Part shown: positions 17,847-26,777 of the stretch, in pieces | Position numbering within the stretch: position 1 is the stretch's first letter | How the letters are laid out: each line of letters opens with the position of its first letter | Virus record (IMG/VR): IMGVR_UViG_3300037047_000112 | Location: 1-38,871 of that record | Strand: one strand, 5' to 3' | Length of the DNA: 38,871 bases | Origin: a virus | Lineage: Duplodnaviria > Caudoviricetes | Program-made: the position numbers and the translations under genes | Notes under the pieces: model-generated | The model's input: only the letters and a program-made list of their open reading frames with translations | What the model was told of the DNA's origin: nothing | Databases searched by the model: none

Positions 17847-18314
17847 CTAGGAGGGAAACCCGAGGTCGGCGTCGAAAAGGACGCGCGTGGTGAAGCTCGG
17901 GACGTAGACGACGATGGGCTTGGTGTCGTGGCGGCTGTAGCTGATCTCGGTGGCGGTGAGCACCTGCCCGCGCGTCCAGCCGAAGTGGTGCAGCGCCCGG
18001 ACCGCGAGCACCGCGACGCGGATGCCGGGGATCTTGCGGCCCGACGCGCCGCGGTTGACGGCCGGGACCTCGGCGCACTCGACGAAGATCTCCGCCTCGC
18101 ACTGCGGCAGCGGCAGGTTCGGGCTAAGGAACCGCCCGCCGCCGGTGGAGACCGCGATCACCAGGCCGCCGCCCGTGGCGAGGCCCTTGGCGATCTCCGC
18201 CTGGATGTCGAGCCGGTCCTCGCCGAGGACGGGGATGCCGGCCAGGGCGGGGACGGACTGCAGGCGGGCCACGACTGCGGAGCGCAGGTCGTCGAGTGTG
18301 CCGGGTTCGGTCAC
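17847..18314 (-). CDS. Tail terminator-like protein (Mu gp37-like, 155 aa)
   Basis: LRSAVVARLQSVPAL... N-terminus and position before the tail tube gene. Confidence 0.6.
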   Translation of the reverse strand: MTEPGTLDDLRSAVVARLQSVPALAGIPVLGEDRLDIQAEIAKGLATGGGLVIAVSTGGGRFLSPNLPLPQCEAEIFVECAEVPAVNRGASGRKIPGIRVAVLAVRALHHFGWTRGQVLTATEISYSRHDTKPIVVYVPSFTTRVLFDADLGFPS

Positions 18315-18317
18315 GGG

Positions 18318-18752
18318 CTATTGCTCCAGGCCATGCACCGTAACTGTGCAGGCGTTGGTTACAGAGGCCGTGACCGTCGGGGAGTTTCCCCGTCGGATGT
18401 ACCAGTCGTTCGTTTCGAAGGACACCCCGCTATAGGCCGCGCCGCCGTCGTTGCCGTGGGCAACGGTCTTCCACGCCGGACCTCCCGCCGACTTGGTAAC
18501 GCTGAGCGTGCCGTTGGTGGCGGCGGTGCCCGCGTACAGCCATTCCACCGCCAGCACCTTGATGGCGCTGTTCGCCGGCTGCGCGACGCCGGCGGAGTAC
18601 GTGTTGGTCGCGACGTTGGCCGAGCCGCCCGGCAGGGCGAACGTCAGCGTCACGGGCGTGCCTTCGGCGCGCGCCGTCTGCGCCGGCATCATCAGCGCGA
18701 GGACCGCGCAGACCAGCAGTGCTTGCATCAGAGTCATTCCGAATTTCTTCAT
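18318..18752 (-). CDS. Secreted TN-rich beta protein inserted among neck genes (144 aa)
   Basis: Classical signal peptide MKKFGMTLMQALLVCAVLALMMPAQTARA-EG; 4 of 8 Asn are preceded by Thr. Confidence 0.75.
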   Translation of the reverse strand: MKKFGMTLMQALLVCAVLALMMPAQTARAEGTPVTLTFALPGGSANVATNTYSAGVAQPANSAIKVLAVEWLYAGTAATNGTLSVTKSAGGPAWKTVAHGNDGGAAYSGVSFETNDWYIRRGNSPTVTASVTNACTVTVHGLEQ

Positions 18753-18767
18753 GGTTCCGTTTCCTTC

Positions 18768-18802
18768 CTTCGTCCTTCTTCCTTCAGACTTCTCACTTCG
18801 GC
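18768..18802. repeat. Five-unit heptamer array CTTCNNN
   Basis: cttcgtc cttcttc cttcaga cttctca cttcggc, abutting the stop codon at 18803. Confidence 0.85.
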
Positions 18803-19261
18803 CTACAAGCCGTTGAGGTCGCCCCTGCGGAGCGTCGTGCCGCCGCCCGCGGCCAGCTCGGCGGATGCCGACTTGGCGTCGAGCGTCGACTCTTCCCCGG
18901 CTTCCGGCAGCTCCACGGCGAACAGGCCGCGGGCCGCGTCGCGCAGCAGGGCTTCGGCGGACTTCGCCGCTTCCCTGCGCACGTCGTTGAGGTCGATCAT
19001 CAGGCCGGCCGTGCGGCCGTACAGCGCGGGCACGAGGAGGGCGCACGCCGCGTCCATGAGCCGCGCGGGCACCGTGCCCGCCGGACCCATGACGTTGCGC
19101 GGCCACGCGGCCACGTAGCCGCGCACGCGGTCGACGACCTGCGCCACGGCCTCCGCGACGGGGTCGGTGCCGTCCGGGGCCGAAGCCCGGATCGACTCCA
19201 GCTCGTCGGCGGAGAGCTTCGCGGTGATGTCGCTGTCTGCGATTGCGCGCCACGTGGCCAT
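18803..19261 (-). CDS. Head-tail connector (Mu gp36/DUF1320-like, 152 aa)
   Basis: VDRVRGYV...VPARLMDAACAL..LYGR...A.ALLRDAARG pattern; follows the capsid gene. Confidence 0.75.
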   Translation of the reverse strand: MATWRAIADSDITAKLSADELESIRASAPDGTDPVAEAVAQVVDRVRGYVAAWPRNVMGPAGTVPARLMDAACALLVPALYGRTAGLMIDLNDVRREAAKSAEALLRDAARGLFAVELPEAGEESTLDAKSASAELAAGGGTTLRRGDLNGL

Positions 19262-19296
19262 TGCGTGTTCCTCCTACGGTGCCTGCGGGGGTGCGG

Positions 19297-20259
19297 TCAG
19301 GAGACCGTGTACTTGAGCAGTCCGACCGTGCCGGTGGCCACGATGCGGACGTAGCGCTCGACCGTGACGGCCCAGCACTTTTCGTTGACCTGCCGCACGT
19401 AGACGCGGTACTGCGTCCCGTCGCCGCAGGGGCTCCAGAAGCGCTTCATGTTGCTCGGGTCGTCCTTCGTCAGGCCGGCCTCGGCGTAGAGCGCGATGGC
19501 GTAGGCGCCGCCGCCGACCTTGGCCTTCGCGGCGGCCGCGGACTGGTAGCGGGCATTGATGTCCATGCCCTCCTGGAATCCGCAGTAGCGGGCCACCTCG
19601 GAAGGCGTGGTGAGCGCGATGCCCGCGAAGCCCCCGGCGGTCGTCTTGGCGCGGAGCGCGGTGAGGCGCTTCGTCCAGGCCGCGCCCAGGAACGCGATCC
19701 GGTTGGGGTTGAAGCCCATCGCGTCGCCGCTGGCCTCGCAGAGCGCGATCAGGTCGGCGTCGGGATCGCTCGCGCTGTCCCACGTCTTGGGCGTGTTCTC
19801 CGCTCCGGCCACGGCCAGGGCGATGGCGGCGACCAGGTCGTTGCGGACGGAGCGGCGCATGAGCATGCCCACGGCCTCCTGCTGCCAGTCCTGTTCCATG
19901 CCGACCTCGTCCATGTCGACGAACGTGGTCAAGCCGCGGTTCACCGTCTTGCTCTGCTCGATGGTGCCCGAGGACTTGACGCGCTTGAAGTCCGCGCCGA
20001 CCGCGCGCTCGTCGTCGCTGTCGACGAGGAAGTCCGCCGCGGCATTGGCCTTGCGGAACTCGAAGCGTCGCGAGGTGCGCACTCCGGGGGCGAGGAAGTC
20101 CAGCATCCCCTGCAGGTTGCTGGGGTCGCGCCAGCCCACGGCGAACGTGGTCAGCGGCTCGCTGAAGTGCGTGTTGTTGAAGCTCGCGGCGTCCGCGAGC
20201 GCCACCATGCCGTGCGCGGGACTGCGGACGGCGGTGTCGAGGGGGAGGAGTTCTTTCAT
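19297..20259 (-). CDS. Major capsid protein (320 aa)
   Basis: Size and position after protease and decoration genes; LTTFAVGW, DPDADL, GFNPNRI, C-terminal ERYVRIVATG. Confidence 0.8.
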   Translation of the reverse strand: MKELLPLDTAVRSPAHGMVALADAASFNNTHFSEPLTTFAVGWRDPSNLQGMLDFLAPGVRTSRRFEFRKANAAADFLVDSDDERAVGADFKRVKSSGTIEQSKTVNRGLTTFVDMDEVGMEQDWQQEAVGMLMRRSVRNDLVAAIALAVAGAENTPKTWDSASDPDADLIALCEASGDAMGFNPNRIAFLGAAWTKRLTALRAKTTAGGFAGIALTTPSEVARYCGFQEGMDINARYQSAAAAKAKVGGGAYAIALYAEAGLTKDDPSNMKRFWSPCGDGTQYRVYVRQVNEKCWAVTVERYVRIVATGTVGLLKYTVS

Positions 20260-20304
20260 GGTGCTTGTTCCTTGTTGGGGAATTGAGGATGGATGGAGCC
20301 CGGC

Positions 20305-20712
20305 TTAGTTGCCGGAGATGACGACCGGATACGGGACGCAGCCCTCGTACTCGATTTCGTCCGCCGCGGCGGCGGCGGCGGTGATCGCGCGGCCGATCAC
20401 GTAGTACGTTCCGTTGACGGTCGTCGGCAGGGTCTGGACCTTGCCCGCGGTGGCCGCGCAGAGGCGCGCGCCGACGGCGATGGCGGCGAGCGCCACGCCC
20501 TTCTTGGTGCCGGGAGCCGAGAACAGCTCGACGCCGACATCGTCCTCGGCCGCGTCCGTCGCGGAGGTTGCCACGCCGATGGGGTTCTCGGTGGCTGCGG
20601 TGGCGACGGCGACATGGTTGTCGTCGGTGCCGGCCTTTACGACGACGCCGTCCGCGAGGGCCGCGTCGCATTTCCGGGTGATCTTCCCGTTCTCGTGGGT
20701 TCCGATGCTCAT
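20305..20712 (-). CDS. Capsid decoration/cement protein (DUF2190-like, 135 aa)
   Basis: PIGVA...AAIAVGARL...GKV...VIGRAITAAAAAADEIE. Confidence 0.8.
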   Translation of the reverse strand: MSIGTHENGKITRKCDAALADGVVVKAGTDDNHVAVATAATENPIGVATSATDAAEDDVGVELFSAPGTKKGVALAAIAVGARLCAATAGKVQTLPTTVNGTYYVIGRAITAAAAAADEIEYEGCVPYPVVISGN

Positions 20713-20757
20713 GGTTCTTTGGTCCCTTGTTGGGGTGGTGTGGAAATGCGCGTGCGG

Positions 20758-21288
20758 CTACTCGCCGAACAGCGCGGGGTTCTGCTTGCGGACGCGCTTG
20801 AAGGCGTCGTCGTAGGAGATGTGCTGCTCCGCCATCGCGGCGTTGACGAGCTCGTGGACGCGGACGCGGCGCTCGCTGGTGTCGGCGCTGCGGCGCGCGG
20901 CGTCGCCCGCGGCGGGCTTGGTCTTCATCAGCGGCGGCAGCGCGGCGATCTCGGAGGCGCGCGTGTCGAAGGCGTCGCCCGCGTTGACCAGCTCGGCGAT
21001 CCGCGACTCGGCGTGCTCCTGGAGCACGGCGCCGCGCGACACGGCGGCGTTGACAAGCGTCTGCGCGAGCAGCCGCGTCTTGGCGACAAGCTTCGTTTCC
21101 AGCGCGGCGGCTCGCTCGGCCAACGTACCGGAAGCGCACTCCAGCGTGTCGCGTTCGGCGGTGGCCGCGTTCAGCTGCTGCGTCAGGGTCTGGACGTTGC
21201 CCAGGGCGGACTGGGCCGCGTTGACGAGGGAGTCCTCGTCGGCGTAGGTGCCTCCCAGGAGGGCGGCGATTCGTTCGGTGAGCGTCAT
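20758..21288 (-). CDS. Probable scaffold protein from an internal in-frame start (Mu Z-like, 176 aa)
   Basis: ACGGAG RBS 6 nt before in-frame ATG 21288, just after the protease domain; same RBS form as other late genes. Confidence 0.55.
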   Translation of the reverse strand: MTLTERIAALLGGTYADEDSLVNAAQSALGNVQTLTQQLNAATAERDTLECASGTLAERAAALETKLVAKTRLLAQTLVNAAVSRGAVLQEHAESRIAELVNAGDAFDTRASEIAALPPLMKTKPAAGDAARRSADTSERRVRVHELVNAAMAEQHISYDDAFKRVRKQNPALFGE

Positions 21289-21963
21289 GGGCGTCTCCGT
21301 CCCCCCGCCTGGGTGTGCCGCGTTGACCAGCGGGGGCATGGGCCAATTCGGCGTGTTGACGAGGCCCGCGCTGCGCATCAGGCGGGGCTCGAAGATGCGC
21401 GTCCCGTTTTCCTTCCCGGCGTCGGCGCCGAGGAACAGCGGGGAGAAAAAGCGGTACTTCTTGGACTGCACGAGCGACCAGCCTTCGTCCGTCCACTCCG
21501 TGCGCATGTCGAGGCTGTTGGCGGAGACGCGGAAACCCTTGATCCAGCCATAGGCGGGCGGCATGTTGCGCAGCCACTCGGCCGGATCGGTGGTGCCGTT
21601 CTTGGGCCAGTAGTCCGGATGCCCGACGTACATCGGCAGCCCGGCGCCGAGGCGCGGATCGGCGGCCATGGCGGCTTCCATCGCGGCGACGAACCTGCCG
21701 GCCGACGCGGCGTTGAGGCGCTGGATGCCGCGCACCCCGTCGCGGTCGTAGGGCACGTCGGCGAACGGCACGGAAAGCCACTCGTGCGCGGAGCCCTCGC
21801 CGAACGGCACGGCGTTGAGCATGGGGCGGAGTTCAGTCCCGTACGCGGCGGCGTCCTCGGAGTTGACCAGGACAACAGCATCCATGCCGGCGCGAGCGGC
21901 GGCGCGGACCATTTCGAAAAGGCCAGCGGTGGAGACGGTAACGTTCATGATGGCGGTCTTCAT
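20758..21963 (-). CDS. Mu-like prohead protease with C-terminal scaffold (401 aa)
   Basis: LPMYVGHPD, PAYGWIK, EWTDEG..LV..KKYRFFSPLF, SAGLVNTPN; coiled C-terminus ending ISYDDAF...NPALF. Confidence 0.88.
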   Translation of the reverse strand: MKTAIMNVTVSTAGLFEMVRAAARAGMDAVVLVNSEDAAAYGTELRPMLNAVPFGEGSAHEWLSVPFADVPYDRDGVRGIQRLNAASAGRFVAAMEAAMAADPRLGAGLPMYVGHPDYWPKNGTTDPAEWLRNMPPAYGWIKGFRVSANSLDMRTEWTDEGWSLVQSKKYRFFSPLFLGADAGKENGTRIFEPRLMRSAGLVNTPNWPMPPLVNAAHPGGGTETPMTLTERIAALLGGTYADEDSLVNAAQSALGNVQTLTQQLNAATAERDTLECASGTLAERAAALETKLVAKTRLLAQTLVNAAVSRGAVLQEHAESRIAELVNAGDAFDTRASEIAALPPLMKTKPAAGDAARRSADTSERRVRVHELVNAAMAEQHISYDDAFKRVRKQNPALFGE

Positions 21964-23465
21964 GCTTCCTGGTCCTCCTTGAAGTGTTCGACGCCGTCGG
22001 CGAACGCCTGCGCCAGGCGGCGCGCCATCGCGGCGGGGGCGTTGCCGCGCGCGTCGATCTCGGCGTAGAGGCCGGCGGCGTTGGCGGCGAGGGATTCGAG
22101 CGCGGCCTCCATCTGCCCGTCGGGAAGTCGCAGGGCGGCTGCAAGGCGGTCGCGGAGCGGCTGCAGGTCGGCTGCCAGCGCCTCCATGACGGCGTCTCGG
22201 CGGGGCTCCTGGCCTCCGGCGTTAGCCATCGCGGCGGGGGCTCCGGCGGCGGGCTTGGCGAGCGCCTCGCCGGCCTCGGGCGTCGGGCGGCCGTAGCGCG
22301 AGAGCAGGTCGGAGACGGAAACGGGGACGCCCCAGCCGACGAGGGCCGCGTCGACCTTGAGGTCCCGTTCGACGAAGGGGTTGGTGGTGGCGATGCGGAT
22401 CTCCGCCAGCGCGGGCACGTCGCCCAGCGTGTACCGGAGCACGTACCGCGAGACGCGCTCGGCCAGCACCTCCTCGGCCCAGCGTGCGTCGTCGTTCGTC
22501 AGCAGGTCGGTCTCGGCCTGCTGGAGCGAGGCGCCGGTGGCGTCGGCGCTGGAGATCGTGCCGAGGTCGCCGCCGCGCCAGAGGGCCGTCAGGCGGCGGT
22601 CGCAGCGCTCGACGATCTTCTCGTAGGGCAGCTCGCCCTTGGCGTTGGCGTCGATGGTCTTGACCGTGGCGTCGCTGCCCGTGAGCAAGGCCCAGTCCTG
22701 GCCGAAGTTGGCGAGGGCGTCGCGCAAATCGTCCCACTCCTGCGTGCCCTTGCGCGCCGGGGTCTGGCCGTGCAGGCCGGGGACCACGTAGCGGTGGCAG
22801 TAGACGAGCCAGTCGCGGAGCGGCAGGTGCTTGTACAGGTACAGCACGAGCGAGGCCACGCCGAGGCGGTCCGGGTGCGAGGAGACGAGCCAGCCGCCCT
22901 CCTCCAGCTCGACGCCGTTGTACGCGCCCTCGCTGGGCAGGTAGCGCAGCTTGCCGGTGCGGCGCTCGAACAGGTCCAGCGGCACCTGGCGGAACTCGGC
23001 GGAGAGCCCGTCGGGAGAGGGACGCCAGACGATCTCCTGGACGCTCCACCCGGCGCCCACCGCGCGCAGCATGCCGCGCAGCAGCGCGGAAAACCCGCCG
23101 GAGGCGTCCTCGTCGAGGGCCTCGGTGTAGCGCAGGCTGCGGTAGAACGCCTCCAGGATGTCCTTCTGGCGGGCGGCGGCGGGCGAGTCTTCCCGGGAGA
23201 CGACTTCCCAGTCCAGGCGCGAGACGGCCTTGAGGCGCTTGGGCTCGACGGTGGGGATCGTGTCGTCGCGGAGCCGGGCGTCTTCCCAGAGCCGCGCGAA
23301 GGCGGCGAGGTCGCCGCCCTTGTAGGCGTTGAGCGCGGCGGCGAGGGTGCGCGGCGTCAGGGACTCCAGGGGGGACCACGCGGCCATCATGCGCAGCTCG
23401 ACGCGCGAGGCGCTGACGACCGGCCCGGACTTGGAGGCGAGGAAGCTGGGCAGGCGGAACTTCAC
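21960..23465 (-). CDS. Portal protein (Mu gp29/DUF935, 501 aa)
   Basis: GTG 23465 overlapping the terminase stop; KRLKAVSRLDWEV, GWSVQEIVW, DWLVYCHRYVVPGL.G, GGDLGT. Confidence 0.9.
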   Translation of the reverse strand: MKFRLPSFLASKSGPVVSASRVELRMMAAWSPLESLTPRTLAAALNAYKGGDLAAFARLWEDARLRDDTIPTVEPKRLKAVSRLDWEVVSREDSPAAARQKDILEAFYRSLRYTEALDEDASGGFSALLRGMLRAVGAGWSVQEIVWRPSPDGLSAEFRQVPLDLFERRTGKLRYLPSEGAYNGVELEEGGWLVSSHPDRLGVASLVLYLYKHLPLRDWLVYCHRYVVPGLHGQTPARKGTQEWDDLRDALANFGQDWALLTGSDATVKTIDANAKGELPYEKIVERCDRRLTALWRGGDLGTISSADATGASLQQAETDLLTNDDARWAEEVLAERVSRYVLRYTLGDVPALAEIRIATTNPFVERDLKVDAALVGWGVPVSVSDLLSRYGRPTPEAGEALAKPAAGAPAAMANAGGQEPRRDAVMEALAADLQPLRDRLAAALRLPDGQMEAALESLAANAAGLYAEIDARGNAPAAMARRLAQAFADGVEHFKEDQEA

Positions 23466-25552
23466 AGCAGAGGCCCTCCGAAGGTGTTCCCGTTTCCGTC
23501 GAGCGGATGTCCGTCGGCGGCGTGGACGCGGCCCGCGCCGCAGGAACCGCCGCGCGTGGCGGCGTCGGAGGCGACGGCCTCGGCGACGCGGGCGTAGGCG
23601 CTGGCCAGCAGCAAGTGGTTTTCCACCTGGTCGATGTAGTGCTCCTCGCGGCCCGTGGCGTCGCGCTCCTTGCGGGCGCCGGAGAGGATGTGCGAGTGCA
23701 GCGTGGCGACGATGGGCTGCGCGCCGGGCACGTCCGCAGGCAGGAGCCAGAGCGGCTCGCTGCGCAGGCGTCCGTCCGCGCCGACGACCTGCACGCCCTC
23801 GCTGGCCGTGAGCAGCTCGTCGACCGCCATGCCGATGGCCTCGTCGCGGTTGCACGAGACGACGGGGTAGAAGCTGGAGTTTGCGGGCGTCAGGCGGCAG
23901 GCCTGCGCGATGCCGCTGCCGGGCTTGCCCGTGAACTCGACCGCCGCGCAGCGGAGGCCCGTCCAGACGCGGCGCGCGCCGTCCCACGTCACGGCCCCGA
24001 GGTCGATCCGCCCGCCGAGGTCGAAGCCTCCCGCGCCGTGGATCTCCGGCTGGATGCCGTTGAGGAGCAGGCAGAGGTCGCGCGCCAGGTCGCGCAGCGG
24101 ACCGGCGTCCACGAAGAGGCAGGATGCGCCGAGCGTCGCGAAGAGGGCGGGCACGCGGGAGCGTACCGACTCCGCCGCGATGCTCTCGGCCCACACCGTG
24201 GCCTTGCGGCCCGTGGCGGTGTCCAGCTCGCGGCAGGTGAACCAGCAGCGGTCGCCGGTGTCCAACCCGCAGAAGCGCACGCGGCCCTCTGGGGAGGGAG
24301 CCAAGGACAGGAACACGGGGGAAAGCGTCGTCGCGCGGTGCAGTACTTCCGGCGTGACGGCCTGCGCGGTGCTCTTGGGGATGGCGAGGCGGTCGCAGGA
24401 AAAGGCCTTCATCGAGTCGGGGTCGCGCACGGCGTTCTGCCACGATTGCGCGAACATGATGACGGGCAGTCCCGAGCAGCAGAGCTGCGAGACGCGGACG
24501 CTCCACTTGCGCGCGGCGACGCGCTCCGGGCGGCGCGCCTCGTACGCGATCTGGGTGCGGTCCAGACCCTGCCCGCAGTCGGGGCACGCGAAGTAGTACT
24601 TGCCGGTCGGACTGAAGGCGTGGCGTCCGCCCGCGTTGTCGAGGAAGTCGCCTTCCGGCGTCAGCCATGGGTCGATGCCGAGGTGCCCGACTTCCAGCCT
24701 GCAAATCTTCGGCCAGCTCTCCTCGGGGTTGTGCTTCGCGCCGCAGGCCGGGCAGACCAGGTAGCCCACGTGCTGCGTGCCTTCCTCGAACTTGAGGTTC
24801 TGGCCCGCGCCGTGGTAGCGCTGGGTGCCGATGGTGACGTGGAACCGGAGCAGGGACGCCGTCATGCGGCCTTCGAGGAAGCGCGCGTTGGCGTCCTTGA
24901 TGTCGTCCTTCTCGTCCTCGATCACGCAGTCGGCGGAGAAGGTCGTCGGCACCTTGGCGTTGATGCCGCGCATGTAGCTCATGGCGGTGGTCGTGCCGTC
25001 GGTGAGCAGCATCGCGCCCTTGCGGTCGGCGGCCTTGCCGGAGGCGTTGAGCGCCTTGCCGACCTTGGCCATGGCGGCGAGCCACGGAATCTGGTCGATG
25101 ACCTCGGGCCGTTCCTTGCCGTCGACGATGCCCTGCACCAGGTCGTCGTCGGGCAGGGCGTAGTAGGTGTTGCAGCCGCGCACGGCGGCGAGGTAGGCCT
25201 TGAGGTGGAGACCGATGATCGTCTTGCCGAACTGCGCCCCGCCGCACACGTCGAGGCAGGCGTCGGCGACCGGGCCGTCGGCGCGTTCGGAGTCCGTCCC
25301 GAACATGGCGACACGCTCGGCGGGCGAAAGGTAGGCGGTGGAGTTGCCGAGCACGCGGTCGATCACGCCGATCACCATCAGCAGCGGCTCGCGGCCGGCC
25401 GTGCTGTACGGCAGGAACTTCGTCCCGACCTTCACGCTGGCATGCTTGTGCATGAACTCGTGGAACGAGATCCCGCGCGGCACCTTGACGGCCGGCTCGG
25501 CCTCGGCGGCGGCGGCGGCGACGCGGTCCCGAATGGAGGTTTGCTTCTTCAT
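23462..25552 (-). CDS. Terminase large subunit, GpA-type (696 aa)
   Basis: GGAQFGKT Walker A, YYALPDD, VIEDEKD Walker B, two CPxCG zinc motifs, CGLDTG nuclease motif, ENHLLLA. Confidence 0.85.
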   Translation of the reverse strand: MKKQTSIRDRVAAAAAEAEPAVKVPRGISFHEFMHKHASVKVGTKFLPYSTAGREPLLMVIGVIDRVLGNSTAYLSPAERVAMFGTDSERADGPVADACLDVCGGAQFGKTIIGLHLKAYLAAVRGCNTYYALPDDDLVQGIVDGKERPEVIDQIPWLAAMAKVGKALNASGKAADRKGAMLLTDGTTTAMSYMRGINAKVPTTFSADCVIEDEKDDIKDANARFLEGRMTASLLRFHVTIGTQRYHGAGQNLKFEEGTQHVGYLVCPACGAKHNPEESWPKICRLEVGHLGIDPWLTPEGDFLDNAGGRHAFSPTGKYYFACPDCGQGLDRTQIAYEARRPERVAARKWSVRVSQLCCSGLPVIMFAQSWQNAVRDPDSMKAFSCDRLAIPKSTAQAVTPEVLHRATTLSPVFLSLAPSPEGRVRFCGLDTGDRCWFTCRELDTATGRKATVWAESIAAESVRSRVPALFATLGASCLFVDAGPLRDLARDLCLLLNGIQPEIHGAGGFDLGGRIDLGAVTWDGARRVWTGLRCAAVEFTGKPGSGIAQACRLTPANSSFYPVVSCNRDEAIGMAVDELLTASEGVQVVGADGRLRSEPLWLLPADVPGAQPIVATLHSHILSGARKERDATGREEHYIDQVENHLLLASAYARVAEAVASDAATRGGSCGAGRVHAADGHPLDGNGNTFGGPLL

Positions 25553-26262
25553 GCCTTAAGCCCCTCCTCGATCTCGGCTTCGATTCGCCGAATCCGCTCG
25601 ACCGCGTTCGCGCAATTCTCCGCGTCGATGTCGATCCCCACGAACTTGCGGCCCGTGCGCAGGCACGCCACGCCGGTCGATGCCGAACCCATGTACGGGT
25701 CGATGACCGTCTTGCCCAAGCCCACGCGGATTGTGTCCAGGAGCCACGCCATCAGCTCGACGGGCTTCTGCGAAACGTGCAGTCGCTTCTGCTTGCTCGA
25801 CCCGTCCTCGCCCGCACGAAACGCTCCCATCCAGAAGTGTCGGAAGATGCACCGCGCGTTGCGCCGGTTTGTCCAGACAATCTCTGCGTCTGCAAACGTC
25901 GCTGCCGCGCCCTGGCCAACGCTCTTGTCCCACGTAAGGAACATTCCCTTGGGCAGACGCTGCGCGAAGTGGTCGCCTCCGCACAAAGCGATGGGCATGT
26001 TTTTTTTTCCGGAAAAGTCCAGCAAGGGGGCGGGGTCGAAATCAACGTCGTCGCCATGGATGGGCTTGTTACAGTGACAAGCGTGGTGTGGCGGAACTAG
26101 CCCTGAACTCTTTTGTTTCGCGCCGTAAGTGAACTTGACTCCATACGGCGGGTCGCTCACGACGGCGTCGATGCCGCGCAGCAGCGGAAGCATGGGCAGG
26201 CAGTCGCCGCAGTAGAGCGTGGCGCGCTTGCTCTGGTAGATCGGGGTAGGCAGGGTGGTCAC
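25549..26262 (-). CDS. Site-specific DNA methyltransferase, N6/N4 beta class (237 aa)
   Basis: LYCGDC, VSDPPYG (motif IV), HVSQKPVELM, VIDPYMGSASTG (motif I); GTG start coupled to the upstream gene. Confidence 0.9.
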   Translation of the reverse strand: MTTLPTPIYQSKRATLYCGDCLPMLPLLRGIDAVVSDPPYGVKFTYGAKQKSSGLVPPHHACHCNKPIHGDDVDFDPAPLLDFSGKKNMPIALCGGDHFAQRLPKGMFLTWDKSVGQGAAATFADAEIVWTNRRNARCIFRHFWMGAFRAGEDGSSKQKRLHVSQKPVELMAWLLDTIRVGLGKTVIDPYMGSASTGVACLRTGRKFVGIDIDAENCANAVERIRRIEAEIEEGLKA

Positions 26263-26777
26263 TGTGCCCCCCCTTCCGTCGCGGCGGTGTCCGCACCCTT
26301 CCCCGCGTCCAGCGCTTGCAGGAACGCGGCGAGGGCGGCCTTGGCTGCGGGGTTGCCTTCGGCTTCCTTGAGCAGTGCGTCGACGGCGAGGTCGCGGGCG
26401 TTGCGGTCCTTGCCAGCCAGCTCGCGCTCGGTCTGGTCGAGCTTCCAGACGGCGAGCTGCTGCTGCACGGAAAGGTCGCGCATCGTGAGGTCGAACTTGA
26501 GCATGCGGATGCGCTCGCGCAGCTTTTCGTCGGCATCCGACGGCAGTTCGGCCACGGCCTCGTCGCTGGCGCGGACGGCCTGCTCGGCGCGCCAGACGCC
26601 CATGTGGTACGTGACCAGGTTGTGGACCGCGCCCATGCTGGCCGCCACGCCGCGCTCCTCCAGCCACGCCAGCATGTCGCGGAAGCCCGGCGCGTCCGTC
26701 GCCACGAAGGCGAAGAACTCGTCGAGCTGCGCGGCCCGCTTGAGGCGGGCGAAGAGGCTATCGGATCGTGGATTCAT
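26259..26777 (-). CDS. Terminase small subunit candidate (Mu gp27-like, 172 aa)
   Basis: RSDSL..., HTH-like FRDMLAWLEERGVAASMGAVHN, then helical; position upstream of the terminase large subunit. Confidence 0.6.
   Translation of the reverse strand: MNPRSDSLFARLKRAAQLDEFFAFVATDAPGFRDMLAWLEERGVAASMGAVHNLVTYHMGVWRAEQAVRASDEAVAELPSDADEKLRERIRMLKFDLTMRDLSVQQQLAVWKLDQTERELAGKDRNARDLAVDALLKEAEGNPAAKAALAAFLQALDAGKGADTAATEGGAQ

Noticed and set aside
21960-25247. 1095-aa portal and 1041-aa MuB (33151-36276) as listed in the ORF track
   Set aside because: The N-terminal extensions are off-frame overlaps of the terminase and transposase; true starts are at 23465 and 35197.
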